Shown: in pieces, positions 11,564-24,999 of the stretch
Position numbering within the stretch: the stretch's first letter is position 1
How the letters are laid out: the number at the start of each line of letters is the position of its first letter
Assembly: GCA_025603075.1 (NCBI GenBank)
Contig: MU626282.1
Coordinates: 62,001-126,000, forward strand
Origin: Neoconidiobolus thromboides FSU 785
Taxonomy: Eukaryota; Fungi; Entomophthoromycota
Length of the DNA stretch: 64,000 nt
Direction: 5' to 3'
Program-made: the position numbers and the translations under genes
Notes under the pieces: generated by a model
What the model was told of the DNA's origin: nothing
Databases searched by the model: none
The model's input: only the letters and a program-made list of their open reading frames with translations

Positions 11564-14500
11564 ATATGGTTAATCGGAGAAATAAAGCTCAAAGTTAAAA
11601 AAATCAACTAAGAGGTTAATAAAATATAGATCGAAATGTTCACCATTAATGTTTACAGTAATTGCAAGTAGCTTGAAAAAGAGGTAAATGTTATTAGAAT
11701 TATAGTAGTGTATCAAAAAAGTAAAGCTCAAGTAGGTTTGATTAGAGTTACTCAAAGGTATATTGGAAGTAATCAAGAAACTACATAATTGATAGCTGTA
11801 TTTTTATAAAAGACCATTGTTGGTAGCAGATATCAATTAAATGAATGAAACAAAGAGGTAACCCTGTGATTGGATGACGTGGCGCCACTAATAAGCTTAT
11901 TTCTGCAATTTAACAGCCAAAAAAGACAAAATCAACCTAAGTACTCTTATATCATTCAAGAGAATGAATAGTTGGGCAAACATCAAAAGCTTTTTTATTT
12001 ATGGAGACCTGAAGCAAAATCTAAAGAGTCAGAAAAAATATTAAATTTTATAATAGTATAAGTAGATAACTACTAAAGTCCTGACTGTTAAATATCGGAT
12101 GGTTTCAATTATTTAAATAAATAATTCAAACATATTTAGAATACATTCTCATATACACTAAAGAAATAGTTGACACAATTTAGCTGCCTCTTTCCTTGAA
12201 GTATGTAGATAATAGAGTCTACTTGGTATACATGGATTAAACTAGTAAGTGTGTATCCTCAAGGCAGGGGCACTTCATAATTTCACTGAACATGGTTATT
12301 AGAACAGAAATAGAAATAAGTAAACTAGAGAAAAACTACAAAATCTACACACTTTCAATCGTACTATTTTTTAAGTTTTTTATTACTTTGTAAAGTTTGA
12401 TTTAAGCAATCCCACTAAAACATATCTTTGATAAAAGTAGGGTTAAAGTCAATCAATAAAAACTTTTAAGTGTGACTTTGTAACTTTTATTTATAAAATA
12501 GAAAGTATCATAAATAATTATAAATATCGTTAACAAAAACAGTAGAAAAGAATATAAAAAGATAGATGACTTGCACCAAAATAGCAATATATCCAAGGAG
12601 ATAGAAATATTGATTAGTAATCAATATTAAATAATAACATTTTAAAGTACTTAAAATGATCTAATTATCATAAATACTTTACTTTTAAAGTTATACTCCT
12701 ATATACCGTCATCATCCTTTTATTATTTAAAATTATAAAAAGTATAAAATAAATTATAAATGAAATGGTAGTACAATAACTAATTCTTTTTTGTACCATA
12801 GGCATTTTAATTCAAAATTAGAATTATGTAAGCATTAATGTAATAGCAATCAATAAACAATAAATGTTTGGAATCAATAAAAACGGAATTAGATATAACA
12901 ATTTAGTTATCAATACATTTAAATAGTCTGTTTAACATAGTTAAACAATATAACTTATCAAAGTTATTATATTTTTTTGAAAACAACTGAACTATAAACG
13001 TTTTAGGAAAAAATATAAATAATATCTATATGAACGTTGATTAAAAATTAAAAAATATCCGAGAATCAACCTAAACATTTTTGAATGGCCATGGCAATTA
13101 CTGTTTTGTAACGTTCTTACTCCTCAATTTCTATAACAATTTTGTAGTACTTGAAGTTTTATTAAGATGTAAGCTTATGCTGCTTTTTTTGATATAAATG
13201 ATTATGGTTTCTTGAGTTACGTTTTAGTACCCCTAATTTGTTGAACATTAATTACTCCATTAAATTAAGTTTGAAGTTATAATTACTATTCAAAACAATG
13301 ATAATTTCATTATCAATAGCTTTTATAATAGAAGCTTTGTATTTTGATGAAACTGGTATTTAATGAAATGTTTTATTAATGGGTTTTTTCTTATCAATAA
13401 ATGAATTGATAAAACTATTAAGGTTGATAGTATAAATAGTTATTAACTAAACATGAAAATCATAATTGTAAAGCAATAAATTTGATACAAGTACAATGTC
13501 ATCTGTTTGTGAAATTGCTATACTTTTAGTGTTTATTTTAACCTTGGTGTTATAGAAAGTTAAAGAATTTGTGTTTTGTTTTGAATATGTTATGGAATTG
13601 AGAAGAGAACAACTATAAATAGCCTATTAACTTGTATCAATATACTTCGGCAGCTACTCATTTACTTGACTTATTTATAAACCGTGTTACTTCTAATATT
13701 GGTATTTAATCTAGATATTAAAACTAGTTTCAAAATCCCACAGAGTACTAAGCTTTGCTATTATCCCGATTTTTGTTACTAAAAGTTGAGTATCCCTGTT
13801 GAATAAGTGAGTTGATAAAATCCAACAGGCTATTGATCATCAGATATTACAATTAAAAACAATAATAGTAAAATTTAACAATATCTGAAAACAATCATAA
13901 TAAAATGGAATGCTAAAATTTCAAAGTTATTAAATTCAAAATTTTACTATGATTTTTAATTGAAAAGCCAAATATCTACACTATTATTGTTTTCATTACA
14001 AAGCTAAATAGCTAACATGATGAAATATATTTAGATCCTTTAGTGTAATTTAAGGTACCAGAAATAAAGTTTATAGTTATTAAAGCAACAGTGAGATCAT
14101 AGGATCACATATCAAAGCCTTTGAGCTGTTATATTCAGATTGTCTGTAAACAAACTCAAATAAGCAATGAACTGTTAAAAATACTTTAGTAGTATTTGAA
14201 AAATAAAAGTTGGAAAATTAAAATAGTATGCCAACTGGTATTATATTTCTACAGAAGTATATTGGCCAATATCAATTTGTCTAATAAAAAAACTATATAA
14301 AGTTGAGACATTATGTTAACCCTATTTCTTTAAGTTATTTTATCAAATTATTGAGTGAAACGCTTACTAATTTCAAGTGAATAGGGATTTTTAAAGTTAT
14401 TGATATCAAAAAATAGCCAATATATTGCATCATTATCCCTTATAACTCATAGTTCTCCCAATAATCATTCCCTATAAAAAATAATAACAAAATCTAGTTA

Positions 14501-14799
14501 TCCTTTAGGCTAAAAGCAGGACAATTAAGGGAGAGTAAGTTCTTTATCCCTGACTGAGCAAATTTTGAGTTATCAATCCAAAATATAGAAAGTTGCAACG
14601 TCATGGCCAATAAAATTTGGTCAGTTTAACTTATTATGCAAATTGGAATGACTCATTAAGCTTAAGTTTTATGCAAAACCCATAAAAGTTTCACAACAAA
14701 TTAAAGGATCAAAAGAATTGTTCAACTCAGTTCAATCGATTTTATAAAACGAACTTAACAAACAAGCTTGAGGACAACATAAAATTTTTACAGAAAGCT

Positions 14800-17352
14800 A
14801 TGGACTCCCTTCAAGCCAAATTTGAATCCATTGGGTTATCTGAAACGAAAGCCAAAGATACTTTAAAAAACAAGAAGCTTGCCCCTTTATTAGATAAAGT
14901 GATCGACTTGGCTTCCCTTTCTCCCGAAACTTTAAGTGAAAAAAAACATATAGGTAACAACTTGTATAACTTAGCTACTACAATTACTCCAGACGCTACC
15001 AATCGATTGGAATTTTTGGTATCTAAAGTAGCTAATGAGGACTTAAGAACTTCAGAACAAATTTCAGCTGCTATTAAATATTGTGATAAATTATTAGTTG
15101 AAGAAGAGATTGATATTAATAAGTTTAATGAAACTTGTGGGGTTGGTAAGTTATTCTTTATTATATTATAGTTTTCATTTATTTACGTATTCCTCTAGGT
15201 GTTGTTGTTACCAAAGAACAAATAGAGCAAATAGTAACCAGAGTTATTGAAGAAAATAAGGAAAAGTTGACAACTGAGCGTTATCGCTTTGTATTTCCTT
15301 TGCTTGCTATTTTACGTCAAGATTTTGTTTTAAAATGGGCTAATGGTGGGGATGTAAAAACTGAACTGGACAAACAAGCTTTAGCTTTACTTGGTCCTAA
15401 AGACGAAAGAGATGTTATTGTTAAAACTAAGGTAAGATATAACCATCCATTGTAAAGTAGTAGTTGATATATTATTTGTATAGGGAAAAGCTAAAGGAGG
15501 AGAAGGTAAAAAAGAAGCCAAAAAAGCCGAAACTAGTAAAATAGAAGAAAATAAAGATTCTAAAGTTATCGAAAAAGATCCTTCTCTCGCTTCTTTATCC
15601 ATGTTTTATGAAGGTGAATTATCACGTTTACATAAGCCTGGAGGTAATAAACAAATCAAAGCCTCTATTATGGAAGAACATCTTAAGCGTACCAAGGGTA
15701 AAGTAATTACTCGATTCCCACCAGAACCAAATGGATTCCTTCATATTGGACATGCTAAAGCTATTAATGTTAATTTTGGTTATGCTCAAGCTCATGATGG
15801 TATCTGCTATTTGAGATATGATGATACTAATCCAGAAGCAGAAGAAGAAATTTACTTTACTTCAATTTTAAAAGCAGTTGAATGGCTTGGGTTTAAACCA
15901 TTCAAAGTAACTTATTCTTCCGATTATTTTGACCAACTTTACGAATTAGCAGTTAAATTAATTAAAGTTGGTAAAGCTTATATTTGTCATTGTACTGGAG
16001 AAGAAATCCATAAACATCGTGGCGGAGATGAAAAAGGACCTAGGAGTGAGTGCATTCATCGTAGTCGACCAATTGAAGAATCTTTAAAAGAATTTGATAA
16101 TATGAAGTTAGGTAAATATAAAGAAGGAGAAGCTATTTTAAGAATGAAAATGGATATGCAGAGTGGCAATCCCCAATTTTGGGATTTAGTAGCTTATCGT
16201 GTATTATACACACCTCATCATCGTACTAAAGATAAATGGTGTGTTTATCCAACTTATGATTTTACCCATTGTTTAGTTGATTCTTTTGAGGATATTACCC
16301 ATTCTTTGTGTACTTTAGAATTTGTACAATCTAGACCTTCATACTATTGGCTATGTGATAGCTTAGAAGTTTATAAACCTGTACAATGGGAATATGGTAG
16401 ATTAAACGTATCTAGTACTATTTTATCAAAGAGAAAGATATTAAAATTAATTACTGAAAAATATGTCAATGGTTGGGATGATCCTAGGTTATATACTTTA
16501 CCTTCTTTGAGAAGAAGAGGTGTACCACCAGCTGCTATTAACACTTTTGTTAGAGATGTTGGTGTTACTACCTCAACTACTACAATTGATGTTAAACGTT
16601 TGGATAATTATATTCGTGATCATTTAAATGAAACAGCACCAAGAATCATGGCTATTTTGGATCCAATTAAAGTAGTTATTGAAAATTTACCAGAAAATTA
16701 TTATGAAAGTATTACTGTACCAAATAAACCTAGGGATCCTAAAATGGGAGAACATCAAGTACCATTTACAAATACCTTTTATATTGACGCTAGTGATTTC
16801 AGAGTTGAAGATAGTAAAGATTATTTTAGGTTGGCACCAAATAAAACCGTAGGGTTATTATATGTTAATTGTCCGATTAGTTGCACATCTTATGAAGTAG
16901 ATGAAAAAACTAATAAAGTTACATTAATCAAATGCCGTTATGAAAATGAAGGACAAATTAAAAAACCAAAAACATATATTCAATGGGTAGCCCATGCACC
17001 AAAACATCAATCTCCAGTTTCGATTGAAGAATTAAGAATATACAATCCATTATTTTTACATGAAAATCCACAAGATAAGACTTTAGTACCAAATGGTTTC
17101 TTATCTGATGTTGATCCTAATTCATTAGAAATTAAAAAAGGCGCTATTGTTGAAACAGGTATCTTCCAAGCAATTGAAAATGTTTTGAAGGAAAAGAAAG
17201 AGAAAGATTGCCTTGAAGAAGTTCGTGCTCAATTTATTAGAGTTGGTTATTTCTGTTTAGATAAAGATAGTTTAATTCAGGATAAGATTGAAGATAGTAA
17301 ACTTATCTTCAATCGTATTGTTACACTTAAAGAAGATACTAAAAAAGATTAA
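14800..17352 (+). CDS. GLN4: Glutaminyl-tRNA synthetase, 3 exons
   Basis: Eukaryotic N-terminal extension (exons from 14800 and about 15199) joined to the catalytic exon with TRFPPEPNGFLHIGH (HIGH), RYDDTNP, LSKRK (KMSKS-like), and an anticodon-binding domain ending FNRIVTLKED. Confidence 0.96.
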
Positions 17353-17542
17353 ATAAGTATTTTTAACAAATTGAATGTTTTGCATTTTGTATTTACTTTT
17401 ACTTTTACTTTTACTTATTTTGAATTCTTAATACAAAATACTAAAATGATTATTTTTTATTGAAAAAAAATAATATAAAAATTAAATATGACTAAAATAC
17501 TAAAATTGTCTTCCAAAATTAGTAAATTGTTATTGAAATATT

Positions 17543-19204
17543 TCATTCCATTTCAGGAGTTGGAAAAGCAATTGATTGACCTTTCAATTCACCATCTGTA
17601 TAAAATAATAAAGGTCGAAAAGATGGCTCATGATTAAGTACACTATTATATTATTATATTATTATATTGCCATTTGTATCACTATATTAAATTACCTTGA
17701 ATTTTGAAAATGATTAATTAAAGCATGAATGCCTTGAATAGTAGCATAGGCTAAATCGCATCTTTTTTCAGATTTAAAATGTGGCCTAAACAAATATTAT
17801 AATTATTATTGTTGTTATAACTAGTTGTTTATTCAACTTACCACCGATTACCAACATAAATTTGAATAAATTTAATAATGGCTCTTTAAATAAAAAGATT
17901 AGTTTAGTAAAAATAGTATATATAATACACTTACTCCTTACTAATAAAATTAATAAATGCGTAGCCCACATTACACTTATTAATAAAATCCATACGAAGG
18001 TATAAAAAATTAAACTCTCCTAAATGCGTTTGGTTTAACACATCTAATAGCATGGACTAAAAACGTTATCGTTAATCTATTATAACAACGTATATAAACT
18101 GAATTATTACTTGTGTATATTTATTGGGGATGTTTTTAATCATAAAAGTAGTTCGCTGATCCAAATCTATTTACTTATAAACGTTATATACATAAACAAA
18201 AATTTCACTTACTTGATAAAACCTTTTCAGTGTCTTCTATTTTCCAGCTACCTTTCCATGAAGTACTTATACCATTTTGATTTCTTTGATTTTTATTATT
18301 TATTCTTGACATTGTGTTTTCAGAACTTGAAGAAGTAGCAGTTGATATTTGTCTATTATACTGAGATAATAGTCGATTTTTTTCGGCTCTTAATTTTATA
18401 GTCATATTAATATCTCCCATATTTTTATCATATTCATAAAAACAGGTAGCTGTTATGGACTATAGCCATTATTATTAAATAATAGAAACAAAATTTGGTT
18501 TAAATATAATACTTACCTTAAGTGTATTAAGCCAAGCTTTAACTCTATCACATACACGTACATCATAAAAATTAAGTAATAATATATGAATTTCATCATC
18601 TTTAATTGATTTATAATCCTTAAAGCCATCAATTATTTTTAAATGTCTCTAAGAAAAGACTCTCAATATATTCTTCTTTAATATTATAGTTATATCAATT
18701 GCTTACTTTAAACGCTTCCAACTCTACATTATCAAAATAATGTAAAATTACAATAGAATTATAAAACTTATGTAGTACACTATTATTGCACAAAATCAAT
18801 GGATCTTGATTGATTTGTTTAATTAACTACAAAAATACATCAACATCAATTAATAATACAAATAATAACAATGATAAACTTACATCTCGATAATATAAAT
18901 CATTATAGAAATTAATTGTATATAGTTTTGGATCTAATATTTCCATAATACTTTGCATAATACTATTAGAAAACCGTATATCGTAAATACTTACGAGTAC
19001 TGTTTGATGTATCATTAATACTTGTACATCCGAAAATTGAAACTTAAAGTTAGATGAGTAGTTATAAAACTTAGCAATAACAAAAAAGTTAGATACCTTT
19101 AACCTCTCATATAAAGGTGATAAAAGTGTATGATCTGGACTTGAAATCATTATATGATGAGTAGAAAGTTGTAATGAAAACGGTTGATAGATATTTAATG
19201 ACAT
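17543..19204 (-). CDS. mei2: Mei2-like RNA-binding protein (3 RRMs; RRM3 conserved, RRM1/2 divergent), about 8 exons
   Basis: Hand splicing links the small ORF fragments to DQRTTFMIKNIPNKYTQSMLL...FLYLRMDFINKCNVGYAFINF...WPHFKSEKRCDLAYATIQG..LINHFQNSS...FRPLLFY..G, the Mei2 RRM3 signature. YDIR and FYDVR motifs mark RRM1/2. Stop TGA at 17543-17545. Confidence 0.88.
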
Positions 19205-19747
19205 CGTTTATAGTAAAATTGTACAAAATATATAATAGGTTTTCAATAAAAATGATCAAAATACAAAAGGCTATTGAAAAAAGAAACTAACTAACAATTA
19301 TCTATTAATGATACTATCCTAAATGCATTTAATAAAAAATTTAATGCATTTCGTTTTATTAAGCTCGGTTTATAAAAGCTTAATAAACAAATCAAAAACT
19401 TAATTTCATTTTCAATTCATTTAACTTTTAAACTCCTATTAATAAACAAGATATAAATTTATTTCCTGGTGAATCAAAATTTCCTTTTATTTCAACCTAG
19501 ATCATTGCCAAAATCAACAACTTCATCTTAAACCAATATAAAAAAATCCTATTAAAAACTATTGTTTACTTTATTATTATTATTATTATAATATAAAACA
19601 TTATTATTTTATTATTATTATCTCCACCTAAAATTATATATAAACAAAAAATTTACAATTAAATCCCTATCGTCACCGCTTTAAATTTTATCTACTGATT
19701 AATCTTCATCCATATCCTAAATTACTTCACAAACACTTTTTACTTCT

Positions 19748-22389
19748 TCATTTCCTAAACGAAAGATCATCAATTAATTGAGTATTTCTAGCACAAGTGA
19801 TCAACATATCTTGCGCTAATATTGACATCTCTGGATTATTTGGCTAATGAAAAAAATCATTATTAAAAGCTATATAAAAAACTCTATAAAGATTCAACTT
19901 ACTGGTATTGTAACTTCCAAACAAGTAATTGAATAATTTAATTTGGCTGATACTGAAAGGGCTAATAAACCAGCTAATGATACTTTGGAGTTCAAAGAGA
20001 TATCTAAACGCGTCAAGCTTTTGGTTTCTGGTAACACTTCTGCTAATGCTATGGCCCCTATTATTTTATTAGAATGAAAAAATATTACCAATAAACAAAT
20101 GTTTTATAATTTATCATTACCTTCTGATGTCATACATGTATTTGATAAAAATAGGGATTTTAAACTATTGTTTTGTCCAAAGCAGGATTTGATGGACCAT
20201 AACTAATAAATAAATAAATTTGTTAGAGTATAATTATATAAACTAATAGCTTACTCCATCAATCGAAGGCCCACACATTGGATTTCCTGATAAATCTAAC
20301 GAATGTAACTTTCTATTTGTTTTCTATCAAAACAAAAAATTAGTATTATATTATTATAAATATTATGTTATTATAAATTACCAAAGCTTCAAAAAGACGG
20401 ACCATACCAAATTCATCAATTAAATTGCTACCAATTTTAAGTTCTTCTAATTGTGAATTTGGACTAGATAGCGGGGATAGTATACAATACAATCCTTCTG
20501 TCTATAAAAAATAATTTTCATATCAAAAATATTTCTCTTGATTTTCCTAATATTTACCTTCAATGAATTTTGACTTAAATCTAGAATCGACAATTTAGAC
20601 GATAGAAACATTTTATCTGGCTAAAAAAATAAAAATAATTAAAGAAATAAAAAAAATACAATATAAATTACATCTTCACTGCCACTCAATAACATTGAAA
20701 TATACTGAGCTCCTTGCGAGGTAATATTATTCCCACACAATGCAAGCGATCTTATATTTGATTTGATAATACCTTGGCCTAATAAATATTCATTAAATCA
20801 ATAACTTGCATCTCAAAGCGTTGTTTAGCTTACATAATATTTTTAACTCTTGCAATCTAATAGAACACTCATTTAATTTTAAATCCTCAAATGAGGACAT
20901 ATTTGTATCCTGTTCACCGTTAAACCTCGGAGATAATGGAGAAGTTAATGGAGATAAAGGAATTTGTGATTCATTTGTCGAATTATTACTTGAATCTAAA
21001 TGAATGATTCCACGTGCTAAAAACTTTGCGGATCGATATGTTATTGGTATACCAGATAAATCAAGTGATTTTAATTTTTTTGACTAAAAAATATAAATTA
21101 ATTAATATCACTGCTATGATTATTATTATGCTATTGTTATCACCTGACTTATGTAAGTAGCAATATATTTAACACCGTCAGATTTTATTTTTGGATTATT
21201 GGCTAAACTTAACATACAAATACGATCTTTTGTTAATAAATTACTCACCAGTACTTTGATACTCTAATAAAAATTGAATTCAATATTACTAATATAATTG
21301 CAAGTAGCCCAATATTTACCTCATCATCTAAGCTGCAATCTTCCAATTCTAATCTTGTTAGATTACTAAATAAATCTAATACATCTGATATTGGTAAAAT
21401 ACTTTTCAATGGGAAAGATTCACCTTAAATAATGGAACATATATAATCATAACTTAATATAATACAAATAAACCTTACCAGTCAATATGATACTTTCAAT
21501 ACATTGATTAGTACCAATAGCTTCCTAAAAAAACATAAAACATAAATAGCATTCTATTAAAAAACTACGATAACTTACCTCCAATATCTGAAGAAATCTC
21601 CCGTTAGGATGTTCTTCTCTTGAATTACAAATAGATAAATACCACTCCAAAATATCTTTACAACTAAATTTCGCCCCCTCTCCTTTTCCTTTTAACCAAG
21701 GGCCTTCCAACCCCATATATTGTTCATAACGATTATCTTCGCTTGGCATTAATTTAATAGAGGAAGGAATAATATAAGAAGTGGACCTTAAAGGTACAGA
21801 AAATCGAACTCTTTTTAATTTATTGGGATTTAATTCCGATGTTTTCCCTTCTTCTTCTTCATAGTATGAATTTTTGCTAAATGATAGGAATCGATTCAAT
21901 AACCGTGTACTTTGTTGTTTAAATACTAAACTGGAACGTCGGGCATAACTACTAGGTGGTAAAGAAGGTTTTAATATCCCTTTTGTCGGTTTTTTATGGG
22001 GTTCTTTTGAGTAAAAAAGGCTTAGTATTATATCATGTTTTTATGTATGTTTATTATCAGTTACCTGTTACTTCTATTTCTAAGTCCTTAATATTTTTAC
22101 TATCTTTAACGTTTTGTTCTTTCAACTGCTTTACATCCACCATACCTTCTGGCTCTTCGGTTAAAATGAAGCTATTGTCTGCTTTTAATATTGGCTTATT
22201 TTCATCCCCGTTAATATTCCCATTAGTTAAATTATTATTACTTATTGGTGTTTCCAATATTCTAAGTTTGGTCAATTCGTCTACTAAGTCTAAATGATCA
22301 AATTCGTCTAAACTAAATCGAGTGGGATCAAAACGTAAGCGTTTGTTCATTTCACCTATTAATCCCTTAACGGGGTCTTCGTTCTCCAT
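19748..22389 (-). CDS. RNI-like leucine-rich-repeat protein with PP1-binding RVxF motif (PPP1R37/Gip3-like), multi-exon
   Basis: KRVRF motif, then Y..IC..REEHP, then many short exons encoding LxxLxLxxN repeats (LTRLDISLN, LSLAGLLALSVS..LNYSITCL). The 3' end is less certain. Confidence 0.7.
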
Positions 22390-22489
22390 TGTTTATAAAT
22401 AAAAGCGATAATTTTTAAAATTGAAGTTAACTTTTTTGATTTTAAGTTATATTTAGCTATATTTTTTTTTACTGTGAGGTTCTACAGGC

Positions 22490-22790
22490 ACTAAAATCAA
22501 TGCTAGGTGTTTTAAATTAAAGCGTCAATTTTTTTTAAATTTTCGCTAAATAATTGATGTTTTGAACTTAATATTATTTGCACTAAGCTTTAAAAATCAA
22601 AAATACTTCTGGCGATAAATTCTTAAGACTTTAACGCAGTTTATAATAACTTTGTGAATTATACTTTTGTTCAAACACAGAGGATCTTTGAGAAATCTTA
22701 AAGATAATTTTGCCCATGAAATTTTTAAGAAAACTTGACGATTCAGTTTACATAAAAGATCTAGCACTGGCTTTTAGCAATTATATGACT
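22490..22790 (+). repeat. Left arm of ~300-bp inverted repeat flanking the NADPH oxidase gene
   Basis: e.g. ATTTTCGCTAAATAATTGATGTTTTGAACTTAATATTATTTGCACTAAGCTTTAAAAATCA aligns to the reverse complement of 25200-25262; boundaries approximate. Confidence 0.85.
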
Positions 22791-23097
22791 CCAGTTAGGA
22801 ACTCAAACCTCTTGATGTTTAATAATATTTACCTATCATTGCTAAAGTTTTTATTTTACTAAGATAACTATTGATAAAAGTATCAGTGGTAATAATTAAA
22901 GTTATTATATTATATGCATATGCATTCAATGAGTTTAACATCATCGGTTATCAAATAATAGTATCCATAAGAAGCTTTTTTGATCATTATTATATTAATA
23001 TTTTGAAACCTTTGTAATGTATTATAGATTTAATACTCTAATATAAACTCAAAAACAACAACCGAGTTATTGTTATTTATTAAAATTAAAAAAGACT

Positions 23098-24814
23098 CTA
23101 AAAGTTTTCTTTGTTGTAATGGAACTTAGTACCTTCATTACCTGGCTGCGAATACTGATTGCAATACATATGAAGAGATTTAGACAAAGGTTTGGGTCCG
23201 CAGAAAAATACACCAATATCTGTAGATTTGTGTCTCTCCACTAACTTTTGGAAAATATTATTAAAGTTAGGTCTTCCAAACTGAGTTGGCGATCTTAATC
23301 CTGTTAAAGCATCCTCCTTACCCGCTTCATAATTAAGAGTAAGATTAAGAATCTCATCTGATTTTAATTTTCCTGTTAAAAAGGTGTTGATCTCGATTAT
23401 ATGGGAAGTATCCTCTTGTTCAATCACACTTAGCAGTGATTGAAACCATTCAAAAGCTTCTTTATCACGACAAGTCCATATGAAATATACCTTAGATAAT
23501 CTAGTTTGCTTACTTGGGGTATAAAGACGATACCAAATAGATCTAAGGATAGAAGCGAATGGATTTATACCAATACCTGCGCCAACCAACACAGATACTT
23601 CATAATTGAATACATCTTCCGATGCGCAACCAAAAGGCCCGTCAATCATAATTGAAGGTAAAGCTCTATCCAACAACTCATCGGTAGCAGCCTGTGGAGA
23701 TTTAGCATTTACATCACAGCCCAAACGTTCTGCAAGCGATTTAGTAAAATTGCCAGCCATTCTTATATGTATCGAAGCATAATCGTCTTCTGGAGCAGAG
23801 GTTAAAGTAAAAGGATGCCATTGATGTAGGGAAACTTCTGGGCAATTTAAAAAGATATATTGCCCTGCTTTCATTTTGAAATCCTTCTTTTTAAACTGAA
23901 TTTCTACTACTCTGGAAGGATGATGTACGACCCTAGATATAAAAGTCTCTCTAGACCCTCGCCATTCTCTCATAACTCTTTCATAAAGATATAAAACACC
24001 AGAAAATGTCCAATATTTCCAAAAGGAAGCACCTGCACAATAAGGTGGATGGTCTCTCCTAATTAAGCAAAAACCACCATGGAAACTATACATTAAAAAG
24101 TAGATAGCGAATAGATGATGTGTATACCAAAATAACTCAAAATTTTGTCGACGTACTTTACTAAGGGAAGTGGTACTTATTAAAATGAGACACAGCAACA
24201 TAATGCAACCTGACCATCCAGGTCCTGTTAGAAAAGTATAATGGACCCAACTTTTTCCGGTAATACCACCCACATCGAGGTTGGATAATTTATAAAAATT
24301 GATGAAATGAGCGATTGAATGAGTAATAGAATAAAAGATAACAGTCCAAGCAGTAAGTTTATGAAAAGTCCTATTTTTGTCAAAGGGGATGACATGGTTT
24401 AAAGGGGTAGATCTCAATAAGGAAATAGTAGTACGGCACATTGGTAGAAGGATTAAAGCGGTGTTGATTTCAATTGGTAATGAAGTTGCTCTAGCAACAA
24501 GAAAAGACTCTTGTAAAATATTTCGTACCATACTAAACTCACTGTTGTATTTGTAGTTTACGAAAGCAAACCCAAAGATTAAAATTTGACTGATACACCA
24601 GGTAACCATAAATACAAAGATTGAGGCTATAAATTATATATTATTAGGAGTTATGATGAAGATGCATAAATCGTTTACTTTCATTTTTAATATATCGTGA
24701 TATCTTAGCAACTAATGTTAGTTTACTGTAATCTAATGGAGTTGTCGGTGTCATATAGTTGGAGTTATTATCCAACGACTGGTACCCAGATTTACCTTTA
24801 GCAATTCTGTCCAT
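23098..24814 (-). CDS. noxA: NADPH oxidase, gp91phox/NoxA type (554 aa, 2 exons)
   Basis: Exon 24679-24814 (MDRIAKGK...KNE), intron 24627-24678, exon 23098-24626. Heme-ligand His pairs (FHKLTAW..H.IAH; FWYTHHLF..HG), FAD site QWHPFTLTS, NADPH sites DGPFG, VLVGAGIG, GVFFCGP, and a C-terminal KENF. Confidence 0.95.
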
Positions 24815-24999
24815 TTTATAGTATTTTATTTAACAGTATCAAACTAATTGTCAAGGACAAGGACAGTGGTAGTGAAAGTTGAAAGTCACTTTAAACAAAA
24901 ACAAATATAAAGATTTAAAAATTTTAAAAGATGGGCTTTTATATTCAAAATGTTGTAATTTACTAATGGCTCTTAATTTATTGACCTTAAACCACTCAT

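Noticed and set aside
11570-11776. 68-aa minus-strand ORF beside MITE copy 7
   Set aside because: Low-complexity AT-driven composition with no family features.
13343-13357. FDETG peptide resembling the pogo/IS630 first catalytic Asp motif
   Set aside because: Immediately followed by stops, with no second or third DDE/D motif and no TIRs found; likely chance.
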